Counted from the first letter of the stretch, positions 27,570 to 38,593 are shown. The stretch is DNA of 47,946 nt from Paraspadella gotoi (GCA_051294375.1 CM119263.1:4851412-4899357); one strand, 5' to 3'. The notes: generated from the letters alone by a model not told the origin. Program-made: numbers and translations.

Positions 27570-30079
27570 CAGAGAGATAGCAAGGGCGCAGTGGTAGAGG
27601 AGACAAAACTCAGGTAGAGAAAACGAAACAAGAAAAAAAAAAAGAGAAAAAACGATGAAAAGAAACTTGAGAACATCGCAATCATAAAACAAGGAAATAA
27701 GTTAAAAAGGAAAGACGAGAAGCCAGGGTAAGTTAACTCGACAGGGTAAGGTAACAACCGTCCGGTAATGAAACACCGAGGATGAAGATAAAGACATCAA
27801 GAGCAGATGGTTTTCAGCTAAAAAAAATGAGGAACCATTATTGTATTTTGTTTTTTTCTCTCTCTCTCAATCTCTCGTCTCCCACATTCTCTCTCTCTTC
27901 TCTCTCTCCTCTCTCTCTCCTCTCCCACTCTCACGCCTCCCCTCTCTTCTCTCTCTCCTCTCTCTTGTCTCTTCTCTCCTCCTCTCTCTCTCTCTCTCTC
28001 GTTCTTTGATGAACGATGGTTCTTTTTATGAACGAAGATAATTAAGAGCAAAAACAAATCATCGGCTTCAATTTGTGAGAGGAAAAAAAAGGAAAAAGAT
28101 AAAAGGAGGAAGGAGGCGAGAAAAGGAGGAAAAAGGAATGTAAAAAGGAAAAAAATAGAAGTTGGAAGAAAAAATGGGAGGTAAAAGGAAAGTAAAAAAG
28201 GAAAGAGGAAAAAACGGAGCAAGAAAAAAAGGAAAGAGAAAAAAAAGGAAAGAATAAAAAGGAGGTAGAAGAAAGGTAATATAAAAGGAAAAGAAAAAAT
28301 AAAAGAAAAAACTATAGAAGATAAGGGAGGAAAGAGATAGAGGAGGTAAAAGAAAAGGATAAAAGGAAAGACGAAAAATGAGGAAGGAGCGAAAAGGGGA
28401 GAATGTAAAAGGAAAAGGAAAAAAGGATAGAAAAAAAGGATTGTGAAAAAATAAAATAGAAAAATAGAAAGAAGGAAAATATTGAAGAAAAAAGGAAAAA
28501 AACAGGAAATAAAGAGAAAAATAAAAGGAATGAAAATAAAAATAAAAAAAGAAATGGAAAAAAAATTAGAGGAAAAAGAAAAAGATGAAGGAGAGAAAGA
28601 AGGAAAAATAAAAGAGAAAGGAAGAGATAAATGGGAAAAAAGAAAAAATGAGGAATGAAAGAGATAAACTCCTTTTCACTTTGAAAATCAAGTTGTCATT
28701 TTTTTTGAAAACTTTTTTGTCAAAAAAAACTTTTTTCAAAAAAAGTTTCACCTTCTTTCAATTTTCTCTTTTCCATAAACGAATGGGATTTGGAAGGGAA
28801 TTAACAACAACTTCAACAACAAGAGAAATCGAACGAGGGATTAAAATGAAATAAAATCAATTTTATTTCCTCGAAACTAAAACGAGTTTTAATTCGATTA
28901 AAAATTTCATTTATAAAAAAGGGAAAAATTGAGGAAAAAAATGGACAGATTTTTGTTATTTTTTGGGATCTGTGTAGTTTTTATTTGTTTACCTTATAAG
29001 TTATTGATGATTTTTTCTTTTATGCTGTTATTGATACCGTTACTGATTTTTAATTATGTTAATATCGTTTTTGTTATTAATAAATAAAAATGGACCCTTC
29101 CTATAAACGATTCATTCCGAAGGCTTAATAAAGGTTATCCAGAATAATAGCTTTCACTCTCTCTTCCTCTCTTTTCGTCTCTCTCTCTCTCGCGGTCTCT
29201 GATGTTCTCTAAATACAAGAGCCATTTTGTGATTAGTGTGATACAATTTTTTTTAAATACTGAATTTTACTGGAAGAACTAATATAAAAAAAGACAAAAA
29301 ACAACAATGATAAGCAAAAGAACACGAAATATGGCGCATATCGACTCTGTTTACGTCTCTCTTGAGAGAGAGAGAGAGAGACCTAAAACTTCTGCTTTTG
29401 ATTCCCCCAGTTTTTCTCGCTTTTCTTCTTAATTTTATTTGTATGTTTTGTTTTGTAGTTTTTTTTTTCTTTTTTTGTCATTTAAATTTTTATTTTTTCT
29501 CTTCGCTTTTTTTTTTCAGTTAGGTTCTCTATGTTTTTTTTTCAACACTGGTTGATGCAGGTTTCGAACTCGAGACCGTCCGCGATGATGATAATAAATT
29601 CAGCGGAAGATTTTGAAATCGAAAAGACAATAAATGAAGAGAGAAAAAGAAAAATGAAAAAGAAAAGAGAAAAATAAAAGAGAAAAAGAAATGAGAAAAA
29701 GAAAAGAGAAAAAGAAATGAGAAAAGTAAAAGAGAAAAAAATAGAAAAAGAAATAAAAAGAAAGAAAATTGATGAAAGAAAATCAAAATTCTTTTTGTTT
29801 TAAAAAACGCAAAAAGATTTGAGTCCAATATTCAAACAGAGAGAAAAACTAAATTCCGATTTCTTTCCCCGAATTTCTGAGACATATTCTAAGTTAATTT
29901 TTAAAAAATGGAATATAACTTTCTCGAATGATGTTAATCGGGAAAAGACTCGGAAAGAAAACCTATCGTAGTCCGAATTTCATGAAATAAAAAAAATATA
30001 TTGATATTTTTATTAGTTAAGTATTCAGAAAATACTTTGGTAATCTAATTACCGATTCTCTAATTCAGTCATGGTTTTA

Positions 30080-30395
30080 TGTCATCGCAGGAGAATCAAC
30101 CTAACCCAAAGCAGAATCGGATCTAAGGATCGGACGATCTCCGCAGAATCGGAATCGCTGAATCATGATTGGTCAAAGGCGGAATCGGATTCGACAAATC
30201 AGCTTGCAGAACCAATGGAATTGTCAAAATGACTCTTGCCTTCGATCCTCCTCTCTAGATATAAATAGACCTCGCTTTCCTTAGTTTCAGAAGAATTGAT
30301 CTGGACTCCTGCGTGTGTCTCACCGTCACCATTTTATTCTCAGAATAAATCTCGTTTTGATTTCATCCAAAAACCCATGAGTTATTCCTTAAATG
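30080..30395 (+). mobile_element. Putative solo LTR of an LTR retrotransposon (left boundary uncertain, could extend to ~29932)
   Basis: Ordered ATTGG (30168), CCAAT (30212), TATAAATA (30260) and AATAAA (30344), then immediately the TGG-starting tRNA-Leu complement. No canonical terminal CA, second LTR or gag/pol is visible. Confidence 0.55.
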
Positions 30396-30439
30396 TGGTG
30401 GCAGCGGTGGGATTCGAACCCACGCCTCCGAAGAGACTG
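30396..30439 (-). pseudogene. 3' half of mature tRNA-Leu including CCA (extended primer-binding-site-like sequence)
   Basis: Reverse complement reads CAGTCTCTTCGGAGGCGTGGGTTCGAATCCCACCGCTGCCA+CCA, i.e. variable arm, T arm and acceptor strand of metazoan tRNA-Leu(AAG/TAG type). The 5' half and anticodon are absent. Confidence 0.88.
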
Positions 30440-30769
30440 ATGTTATAATGATGTTATAATGTTATAATGTTATAATGTTATAATCTATATATTTTGGTAA
30501 ATGGCGACAACGACGATTTTGGATGTCAGCGACGGAATAAGAAACAACAACAACAACAGCAGCAGCAGTAGCTGCGAGTTTCGCGTGACGCAACATCGAA
30601 CTGATCTTTTAATCTCCTCTCATCGATTTCGTCAGATTTGATGCAGGAGAAAATAGACGCCAGGGATTGTGGCAAAAAGGGGAAAGAAAGTGGCGTTGGG
30701 TAGAAGAGTGGCAAAAAAAGCGATGGTAGAAAGAGTCGGGAGGTTACTGAGAATATAAAAAAGACCAAG

Positions 30770-30970
30770 GGAAACTGGCACAAAGAAAGAAGGAGGGAAA
30801 CTGGCACAAAATAAGAAGAAAGGAAACTGGCATAAAGAAAGAAGAAAAAGAACTGGCACAAAAAAGAAAGGAAACTGGCACAAAGAAAGAAGAAAGGAAA
30901 CTGGCACAAAGAAAGAAGGAAGGAAACTGGCACAAAAAAAAGGGGGAAAAAGGAAGCGAACTGGCACGAA
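30770..30970. repeat. Minisatellite, ~21-34 bp unit with AACTGGCA core, 8 copies
   Basis: Recurring GGAAACTGGCACAAAGAAAGAAG with variable A/G-rich linkers. Confidence 0.9.
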
Positions 30971-31128
30971 GAAAAAAAATTTTAACCGTGGCAAAAGAGA
31001 GAATTTTAATCCTTTGACTTTCGTCCTTTTTAGTCAAAAAACTCCGAGGAACGAAAGCGAAAACGCGGATTACCGAACTCGGGTTAAAATGAAAGTCCAT
31101 CTTATTGTGGAGAGAAAAGAGAGAAGAT

Positions 31129-31174
<46 letters not shown>

Positions 31175-31546
31175 GGAGTAAGAGAGAGAGACGAGAGATG
31201 GAGAGAGAGAGAGAGAGGTCGGGCGTAGGCGAAGAGGATAGAGAGGAGATAATGATGCGAACAAGTGGAATAGTGGGAAACCGAGAGTTAGAGAGATAGA
31301 GAAGGAAAGAGGAAGGGAAGGGAACGAAATGTAAATGTAAATACTACATAAATATAAAAAAAACAAAAAGACGCAAGGACGCGCCGATAAATAGAAAGAC
31401 TGACATAAAGACAGACTAACAGACTGAGAGTTATACAGTTGCTCCGCATATTCTACTTCTTCGCAAATAAAACGAAAAACTAACTGTTGGAGAAATAAGA
31501 AAGAAAGAGAGTGACTGAGTGAGAGAGAGAGAGAGAGAGAGAGAGA

Positions 31547-31586
<40 letters not shown>

Positions 31587-31972
31587 CTCTTGAAGGATTG
31601 ACAGTGAGAGAGACTTTTAATCAAGGCCGAAGGGAAAGAATCGTGGGAATTAAACCACAAAAAAGTGATGATACAAAAGTCGCTGAAAGTTGGGGAGGAG
31701 GAAGAGAAGGAGAGAGGTTAGAGGAAAGAAGATAGAGAAGAGGAGTAATGGAAGAAAAGAAAGAAGAGGGAAAGAGAGAGGATGAAGAGAAGGAGAGAGG
31801 AGGGAGGAAAGGAGATTTAGGAAAGAGGGAGTAATGGAGGAAAAGAAAGAAAGAGGAAAAAGAGAGAAAAAGTGGGAAAGGAGAGGAAGAAGAGGAGGAG
31901 AGAGGAAAGGAAGGTTGAGTTTAGGGGAAAGTGCCTCTCAAGACACTGTTGTCTGCTATCTAAGACAGCTTT

Positions 31973-32062
31973 GTCAAGTCAAGTCAAGTCAAGTCAAGTC
32001 AAGTCAAGTCAAGTCAAGTCAAGTCAAGTCAAGTCAAGTCAAGTCAAGTCAAGTCAAGTCAA
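31973..32062. repeat. (AAGTC)n pentanucleotide microsatellite
   Basis: About 17 perfect units. Confidence 0.95.
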
Positions 32063-32176
32063 ATTTCTTTTTTAATCGTTACCTTCTTTATGAAAAAATA
32101 TCAAGAATTAGGTTTCTCTATGACGATTATGACGATCGAAATTATCAAATTGTGAATAAGCTCTTATAACTAATTG

Positions 32177-32231
<55 letters not shown>

Positions 32232-32485
32232 CTTCTCTGTCCCTGTGTCTGACGTTGAATGAAAATAAATATCTCTTCCTCTCGTTACAGAATAATTAAA
32301 TATATTCGATCCTTAATTAAGTTATTTTGGGCCGAAAATTCCCCAATTAATTTTATTGTTTTAAACAAAAACTGAATTCTTTCTTCAGTAAAGAGACGAA
32401 TCTTTCGACTTCGAAGCGCAAAACTTTTTTACGAATATTCTGGTGGTCCTATCACCACAGATGGATTAAAGCTGATTCTTTCACA

Positions 32486-32700
32486 GCGCCTCAGTGGCTC
32501 AGTGGACTAATGCACCATCCCAATGTGCGTCCCTGGTTCGAGCCCTGAGGTTGTCATGTAGAAAGTGGGATGGACCGGGTAACCCGCCTGTAGGCATGGG
32601 CCTACTGCCAGATCCAAAGCTCTGGACTACATGAACATGCTGTCTCGCTGTTGCCACGAGGTGACACCGCTGCGGGTGTGGCGCCCTGTAAAACCAGCCT
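32486..32700 (+). mobile_element. tRNA-derived SINE-like element
   Basis: A box TGGCTCAGTGG (32495-32505) and B box GGTTCGAGCCC (32535-32545); residual stem GCCTCAG/CTGAGGT; no proper anticodon arm; ~150 bp GC-rich body ending CCCTGTAAAACC followed by AT-rich sequence. Confidence 0.65.
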
Positions 32701-34099
32701 CTTCAATATAATAAATATCGATTTTTGTGGACAAAACGAAATAATATTTGGTTTCGAATCTGAATCTGAACCCTTGAATATAAACCTATGAATCTTTGTC
32801 GTCGAAATGTGAATCTTAAAGTCATAAAATGATAATTTGAATCTCAAAATCTTAACAATTTGAATCTAAATATCTGATTTTGAATCTCTAATTCTTTGAA
32901 TCCAAATCTAATCGCTGAATCTTAATCACCGAATCTCCGAATATCTTAATCATTTCGTTTTAGGTTTTCTTTCCTTTCCTCCCTTTTCTCTTTTCTTTCC
33001 TTTTCTTTTTCTCCTTTCCTCCGCCAACCCGACTAAATTTCCACAAATCCTTACCCAGGTGAGTAAAGTGATGAACGAATTTTACGACTGAATCGAATTC
33101 TGTTCCAATTCGGTCGGTCGGTCAGTCACCTCCTTTCTTTAGTCAACTCCTTTTAGTTCAGCTACTTTTCCTTTGACTGCATAATTAACCATGGCGAGTG
33201 CCTCTGAGCGCATATTGATCCCAGACCCAATTTTCTCTCTCTTACTCCTTTCTCTCTCTTTCCTATTTCCTCTCTTTTTCGTTTTTTCCTCTCTCTTCTT
33301 TCTTCTCTTTTTTTTGCTCTCTCTCCTCTCTTTTTCTTCTTTTTTTTTCTTTTTTCTCTATTTCCTTCTTTCCTCTCTTTTTCCGTTTTTCGCTCTTTCT
33401 CTTCTTTCCTCTCTTTTTGCTCTATTTTTTCTTTCTTTCCTTTTCCTTTTTTTCTATCTCTTCCCTCTTTCTTATCTCATTTCTCACTGTTTACCTTTTT
33501 TCTCTCCTCGTTCCTTTTTTTTCCTTTCTCTTTCTTTTCTCCTCTCTCTTTCTACTTCCTATCTATTTCCTGTTTCCTCTCTCTTTATCAGTTATTCTTT
33601 TCTCTCATTCATCTTTCCTCCTTCCTCTCTCTCTTTCTCTCTCTTTACAGTCTCTTCTTTCTTTCCTTCTTTAGTTTCTCTACTCTCCTTCTTTCCTCTC
33701 TAACCTTTCCACTCTCTCACTCTCTATCCTCTCTCTCTCCCGCGGACAGAGATTGAAAGAAGGAAGCGGCCAATGGGCGACTAATCACCCGACCTCTGGC
33801 GGGGGTCGACCTCTCAGTCGGATGAAAGGGACGACGAAGGAAAGACCAGGTCGTTTGTCCACCGCGAAAGAAGCCAAGNNNNNNNNNNNNNNNNNNNNNN
33901 NNNNNNNNNNNNNNNNNNNNNNNNNNNNNNNNNNNNNNNNNNNNNNNNNNNNNNNNNNNNNNNNNNNNNNNNNNNNNNNNNNNNNNNNNNNNNNNNNNNN
34001 NNNNNNNNNNNNNNNNNNNNNNNNNNNNNNNNNNNNNNNNNNNNNNNNNNNNNNNNNNNNNNNNNNNNNNNNNNNNNNNNNNNNNNNNNNNNNNNNNGA

Positions 34100-34134
<35 letters not shown>

Positions 34135-34774
34135 GGTAATCTTATTAAGCAGGAACTGAATCCGTGGGTCCGATCAGGAATTCCATCCGGTCACCGTGAG
34201 CACCATGAGTTCCATTGGGCGGAGGGAAAAGATCTTGAGGCGAANNNNNNNNNNNNNNNNNNNNNNNNNNNNNNNNNNNNNNNNNNNNNNNNNNNNNNNN
34301 NNNNNNNNNNNNNNNNNNNNNNNNNNNNNNNNNNNNNNNNNNNNNNNNNNNNNNNNNNNNNNNNNNNNNNNNNNNNNNNNNNNNNNNNNNNNNNNNNNNN
34401 NNNNNNNNNNNNNNNNNNNNNNNNNNNNNNNNNNNNNNNNNNNNNNNNNNNNNNNNNNNNNNNNNNNNNNNNNNNNNNNNNNNNNNNNNNNNNNNNNNNN
34501 NNNNNNNNNNNNNNNNNNNNNNNNNNNNNNNNNNNNNNNNNNNNNNNNNNNNNNNNNNNNNNNNNNNNNNNNNNNNNNNNNNNNNNNNNNNNNNNNNNNN
34601 NNNNNNNNNNNNNNNNNNNNNNNNNNNNNNNNNNNNNNNNNNNNNNNNNNNNNNNNNNNNNNNNNNNNNNNNNNNNNNNNNNNNNNNNNNNNNNNNNNNN
34701 NNNNNNNNNNNNNNNTTACTGTTTCACTTTAAAACTGGACGAGGACCGAAAGGTTCCTTATCAAAGTAAGTTTA

Positions 34775-34859
<85 letters not shown>

Positions 34860-35466
34860 GAGAGAGTGAGAGCGAGAGAGAGAGACACTTTTATCGAGAT
34901 CGTTATCAGTCTGATCGAACTGAACTCGAAACCCAAAAAAGTCAGAGACAAAAAACCGGTTCCTGATTTTCAGTTCTTTATTTTCTTTTGGGACGACGAG
35001 GTGCAAACTGTTTCTTTTTTCCACAAAACAAATTGAATAAGCTGTTTCTCATTTACACGAAACCAATCGAATAGACTGTTTCTCATGTTTTTAACGAAAC
35101 AAATCGATTTTATGAATTAAAAAAAAACTCCAGTTAATGATTTGTTTCTGTTTTTCTTTCGATGTATATAAAGATCGTTTTAACTTTCGACCTAATAGAA
35201 ACTTAACGTAATTTTCATAACAACAACCATAATAAAATTTAAAACTATAGTACCCAATAAATGTTTATTACCCTTAATTTTTAATGGCCCCCCCCCAAAA
35301 AAAAACTTTTTTTATCGCTACCAACTTTTGTTAAGCAACTTTCTCTTTTGTTTCTTAACTTTCAATTTCTTCCTTTAATTTAACGTTTTTTCTTCTTCCC
35401 TTCCTCATCCCACATTCTCTTCTACACCCCGCATCGGTCAAGACTTCCGCAACAATTCGTCTCGCA

Positions 35467-35573
35467 ATGAAATTCCTCAAAAGACCCAAATTGCAACTGC
35501 ACAAATGGAGACATCGACAGAGTCTGGTCTTTCTCTTCGTCGTCGTCAACCTGCTCTGGTGGTCGTCGATCAG
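35467..35573 (+). CDS. GT31 gene exon 1 (cytoplasmic tail + signal anchor)
   Basis: ATG at 35467, MKFLKRPKLQLHKWRHRQSLVFLFVVVNLLWWSSI; donor AG/gtacga at 35574, phase 2, matching exon 2. Confidence 0.8.
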
Positions 35574-38326
35574 GTACGATCCCCTCGACAAAGGGAGTAT
35601 TTGTGGTCGTCGTTGTGGATCGCGGATTGTGGCCGCAATAACAGGAAAGACGCCGAGAATTTTTAGGACGAAATCGTTGACGAGGCGAAAGTTCATTGAT
35701 CTCTCATCTAAAATTTGGTATTCGGTATCGAGCCGAAATAGCTCAGTTGGGAGAGCGTTAGACTGAAGATCTAAAGGTCCTTGGTTCAATCCCGAGTTTC
35801 GTCAACTGTTTTCATTTTTATATTTTTACAATTGTATTACTTTGTAACTGCGATACAAATTAAAATAAGACTCATCCCCCACCTCTCACCCTCACCCCAC
35901 CCCTCACAGCCTTACCTTCCTCCCCTATTCCCGACCCGATTCCTGTTCCGGCTGCAACCCCCACCATCTTCGACTCACTCTCAACTCCCCCCAAATCTGT
36001 TCCGGTCTTCCGGCGCCGATACTCCTCGTCCTCGTTCACTCTCGTCCGGAATCCAGAAACAAACGCGACGCCATCCGACGGACTTGGGCGTCGAGCGCCA
36101 ATGGGCGCGGCGACGGCGTCGTGGGATGGAGCGGGGATGTGGTAAATAGGTGGCGCTGTTATCGTCGTCTTCGTCGATGTCGCAGTTGTGACTTTCGTCG
36201 TCGTTCTTGTTGTTGTTGTTGTTGTTCTTTTTCTTTCTCCTAACAAAACTTGAGTTGAGGAACCGGCAACATCACATTATTTTTTTTTTTTAATTAAAAA
36301 ATAAAAAGACATTAACGCTTAAAATGGAACCATTCATAAAATGTAATGAATTAATTCATAAGAAGCTATGAATTATAACGTTCCGGACCATTTATGGATC
36401 TATTCTATCTGATGCATAGAATTTTGTTTCTCCATGTCGTCCGCCTACTTAATCAGAAAAATAAAACTAAGATAAAAAGGGCCAAATGGATCAGACTGTA
36501 AGATGCAAATGAGAGTATAGGCACTATGAAGGCATTGCCTTTTGTAGTGGAGCAAATGAGACATTCACATATTTCTCGAGATGAAGTCCTAATACTTCAC
36601 ATGAAAATTACCTATCGGTGAAAAAGGTCTAAATCCTACAGACTGCAATATGCAAATGATAATATGGGCATTGTTTTAAATTGTACACGATAAAAGTTTG
36701 GATGATATGTTTCATAGTCCACACTCCTAAGGACTCGAAGATCGATGCAGCGGCTGTTTTAGTTGTTGTTGTTGTTGTTGTTGTTGTTGTTCTTGTTGTT
36801 GTTGTTGTTGTTGTTGTTCTTGTTGTTGTTGTTGTTGTTGTTGTTATTATTCTCATCCCCTTTTAATAATCAGACGGGAAAACGAAAGCGAAGACTCGTC
36901 GTCGTCTTCATCTTCGGGAAAAGAGAAGACGAAGAAATCCAAAATAATTTGAGGAGAGAGAGCGAAGAATTCCACGACATTGTGCAGGTAGAGTTATGTG
37001 TAAATGTTAATGTCAATGTAAATGTAATGTAACAGTTGAGAATTAATAAAGAAAAAATGCATTGAAATTGATTTGATTGGTATACTGATTGATGATTCGA
37101 AAAGAGTAAAAAAAAAAACCCAATCAAATCGCAAGATCAGACTGAGATAAAAACCAGCCAAACTTCTCTATCCTGACCACTTCGACACCCTTTTTCCACT
37201 CCTCACTTTTCACCCCCTCCCTCCTCTCAACCCTACGGCCACCACTCCTCCACCACTACAACACCCCCGACCCAAAGGACTCCTTCATCGACTCCTACGG
37301 CAACATCACCCTGAAGGCACTGGCCGGCCTCGCGTGGGCGACGCGATTCTGCGCTGATGCCAGATTCGTGGCCAAAGTCGATGACGACGTCTTCTTCAAC
37401 GTCGTCAACGTCGTTGATTTCTTGGAAAAGTTCGAGGGAGAGACGCTCGTTGGAGGGAGCTGCTCGTGGGGGGCCCCGAAGAGGCTGCCCTGGACGAAGG
37501 TGGGCTGGGGGAGATATTGACAGTTCGACAGTGTGACGGGCAGATAGAAAAACAGACAGAGAAATAGATACGGAGCGACAGAAAGATAGTGATTTACAGA
37601 CAAACTAGTAGATTAACAGACAAACAGGCAGCAGACCGGCAGACAAGCAAATGCTCAGACGAGCAGACAATTAGTCAAATACGTAAATAATCAGACAGAC
37701 AAGGCAGTCAAAGAACAATGCAGACAGAGAGATAGACAGAGAGACCAACAGATACAAAGACTGAATAAAACGCCAAAAAAAAAGTCAAACACCAATGATT
37801 AGTGGTAGTAGCTTAAAGTATCGCTAAAAAAATGAAATAAGACTTCTATGAAAAACGTATAGAAATAATTTGAAAAATGATCTAAACTGCTACAATATGT
37901 AAATGAGATTGAAGAAATCAATTTTATTTTAAATGAACCACAATTTATCCCTCCCTCCCATATCCCCCCATTACGCCCATCCTTCAGTGGTACGTGAGCC
38001 CCTTCTCTTACCCCCACCTTCTCTACCCCACCTATTGTCACGGATTCGCCCTCCTCTACTCCGCCCCCGCCGCCGCCGCCATCTACGCCGCCTCCCGCCA
38101 CGTTCCCTTCTTTCCTTTCGACGACGTTTATCTCACCGGCCTCGTCGCCAACCGGCGTCTCTCACTTCCGGTCACTCATTTGCCGGGATTTCTATTTTCC
38201 GGCGCCGATGAAGAGGACGATTGTTTTAGGCGGAGGGAGGTGATGGCGGCGCAACGGGAGCGGGGGGCGAGAAGTTGGATGGGAGGAGTGCCGGGAGAAG
38301 GCGGGGGAGTGCGGTGGTGTCGGTGA
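35467..38326 (+). CDS. GT31-family beta-1,3-glycosyltransferase (B3GALT/B3GNT/brainiac-like), type II membrane protein; join(35467-35573,35910-36141,36874-36987,37278-37499,37988-38326), 337 aa as assembled
   Basis: Manual splicing gives GT..AG introns with consistent phases (2,0,0,0) and no internal stop. GT31 motifs occur in order: basic N-tail and TM (LVFLFVVVNLLWW), NPH..CS, LLVLVHS..RDAIRRTW, FIFG..LRRESEEFHDIVQ, FIDSYGNITLK, WATRFC, KVDDDVFFN (DxD), KWYVS..YPTYCHG, FDDVYLTG. Confidence 0.93.
35732..35804 (+). tRNA. tRNA-Phe(GAA), intronic, one acceptor-stem mismatch
   Basis: 73 nt GCCGAAATAGCTCAGTTGGGAGAGCGTTAGACTGAAGATCTAAAGGTCCTTGGTTCAATCCCGAGTTTCGTCA, nearly identical to the conserved metazoan tRNA-Phe. 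Anticodon GAA at 35765-35767; intact A/B boxes; T4/T5 runs at 35809-35819 as Pol III terminator. Confidence 0.93.
35910..36141 (+). CDS. GT31 gene exon 2
   Basis: Acceptor ccctcacag; LTFLPYSRPDSCSGCNPHHLRLTLNSPQICSGLPAPILLVLVHSRPESRNKRDAIRRTWASSANGRGDGVVGWSGDV; donor gtaaat at 36142. Confidence 0.9.
36874..36987 (+). CDS. GT31 gene exon 3
   Basis: Acceptor ttttaataatcag; TGKRKRRLVVVFIFGKREDEEIQNNLRRESEEFHDIVQ; donor gtagag. Confidence 0.9.
37278..37499 (+). CDS. GT31 gene exon 4 (DxD motif)
   Basis: AAG acceptor; DSFIDSYGNITLKALAGLAWATRFCADARFVAKVDDDVFFNVVNVVDFLEKFEGETLVGGSCSWGAPKRLPWTK (74 codons); donor gtgggc. Confidence 0.93.
37988..38326 (+). CDS. GT31 gene exon 5 (terminal; last ~25 codons probably indel-corrupted)
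   Basis: Acceptor ccttcag; WYVSPFSYPHLLYPTYCHGFALLYS..PFFPFDDVYLTGLVA..; TGA at 38324-38326. Confidence 0.88.
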   Translation, partial: WYVSPFSYPHLLYPTYCHGFALLYSAPAAAAIYAASRHVPFFPFDDVYLTGLVANRRLSLPVTHLPGFLFSGADEEDDCFRRREVMAAQRERGARSWMGGVPGEGGGVRWCR

Positions 38327-38593
38327 GGAGACGGGACGGAAGAAGGAAAGTGGGAGGAAGTGGCGAGAGGCGCGGCGGGGAGAGCGCGCTTCGTGCGGTG
38401 AGAAGAGGCGGGTAAGAAAGAAGTTGGTGGTAGGCAGTGGAGAGGGCGGGGGAGCGGTGTGTCGGTGAGAGAGGGGAAGAAGAAGTTGGTGGAGGAGTGG
38501 GAGAGGGCGGGGGAGGCGGTGTGTCGGTGGAAGAGGGGAAGAAGAAGTTGGGTGGAGGAGTGGGAGAGGGCGGGGAGGCGGTATGTGTCGGTG
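38269..38593 (+). repeat. ~60-bp G-rich tandem repeat (~5 copies) overlapping the GT31 stop codon
   Basis: Consensus AAGAAGTTGGTGGAGGAGTGGGAGAGGGCGGGGGAGGCGGTGTGTCGGTGAGAGAGGGG; the first copy contains the CDS stop. Confidence 0.8.

Noticed and set aside
30526-30760. Cysteine-string protein C-terminus (..RSYCCCCCCCCFLFRR*)
   Set aside because: The poly-Cys comes from a (CAA/CAG)n microsatellite; no splice or homology support.
30770-30970. CRISPR-like repeat/spacer appearance
   Set aside because: The core is only ~12 bp, linkers are low-complexity and related to each other, there are no cas genes, and the context is eukaryotic.
35355-35789. 144-aa minus-strand ORF (MNQGPLDLQSNALPTELFR..)
   Set aside because: Antisense translation of the tRNA-Phe and GT31 exon 1; a typical spurious tRNA-shadow ORF.
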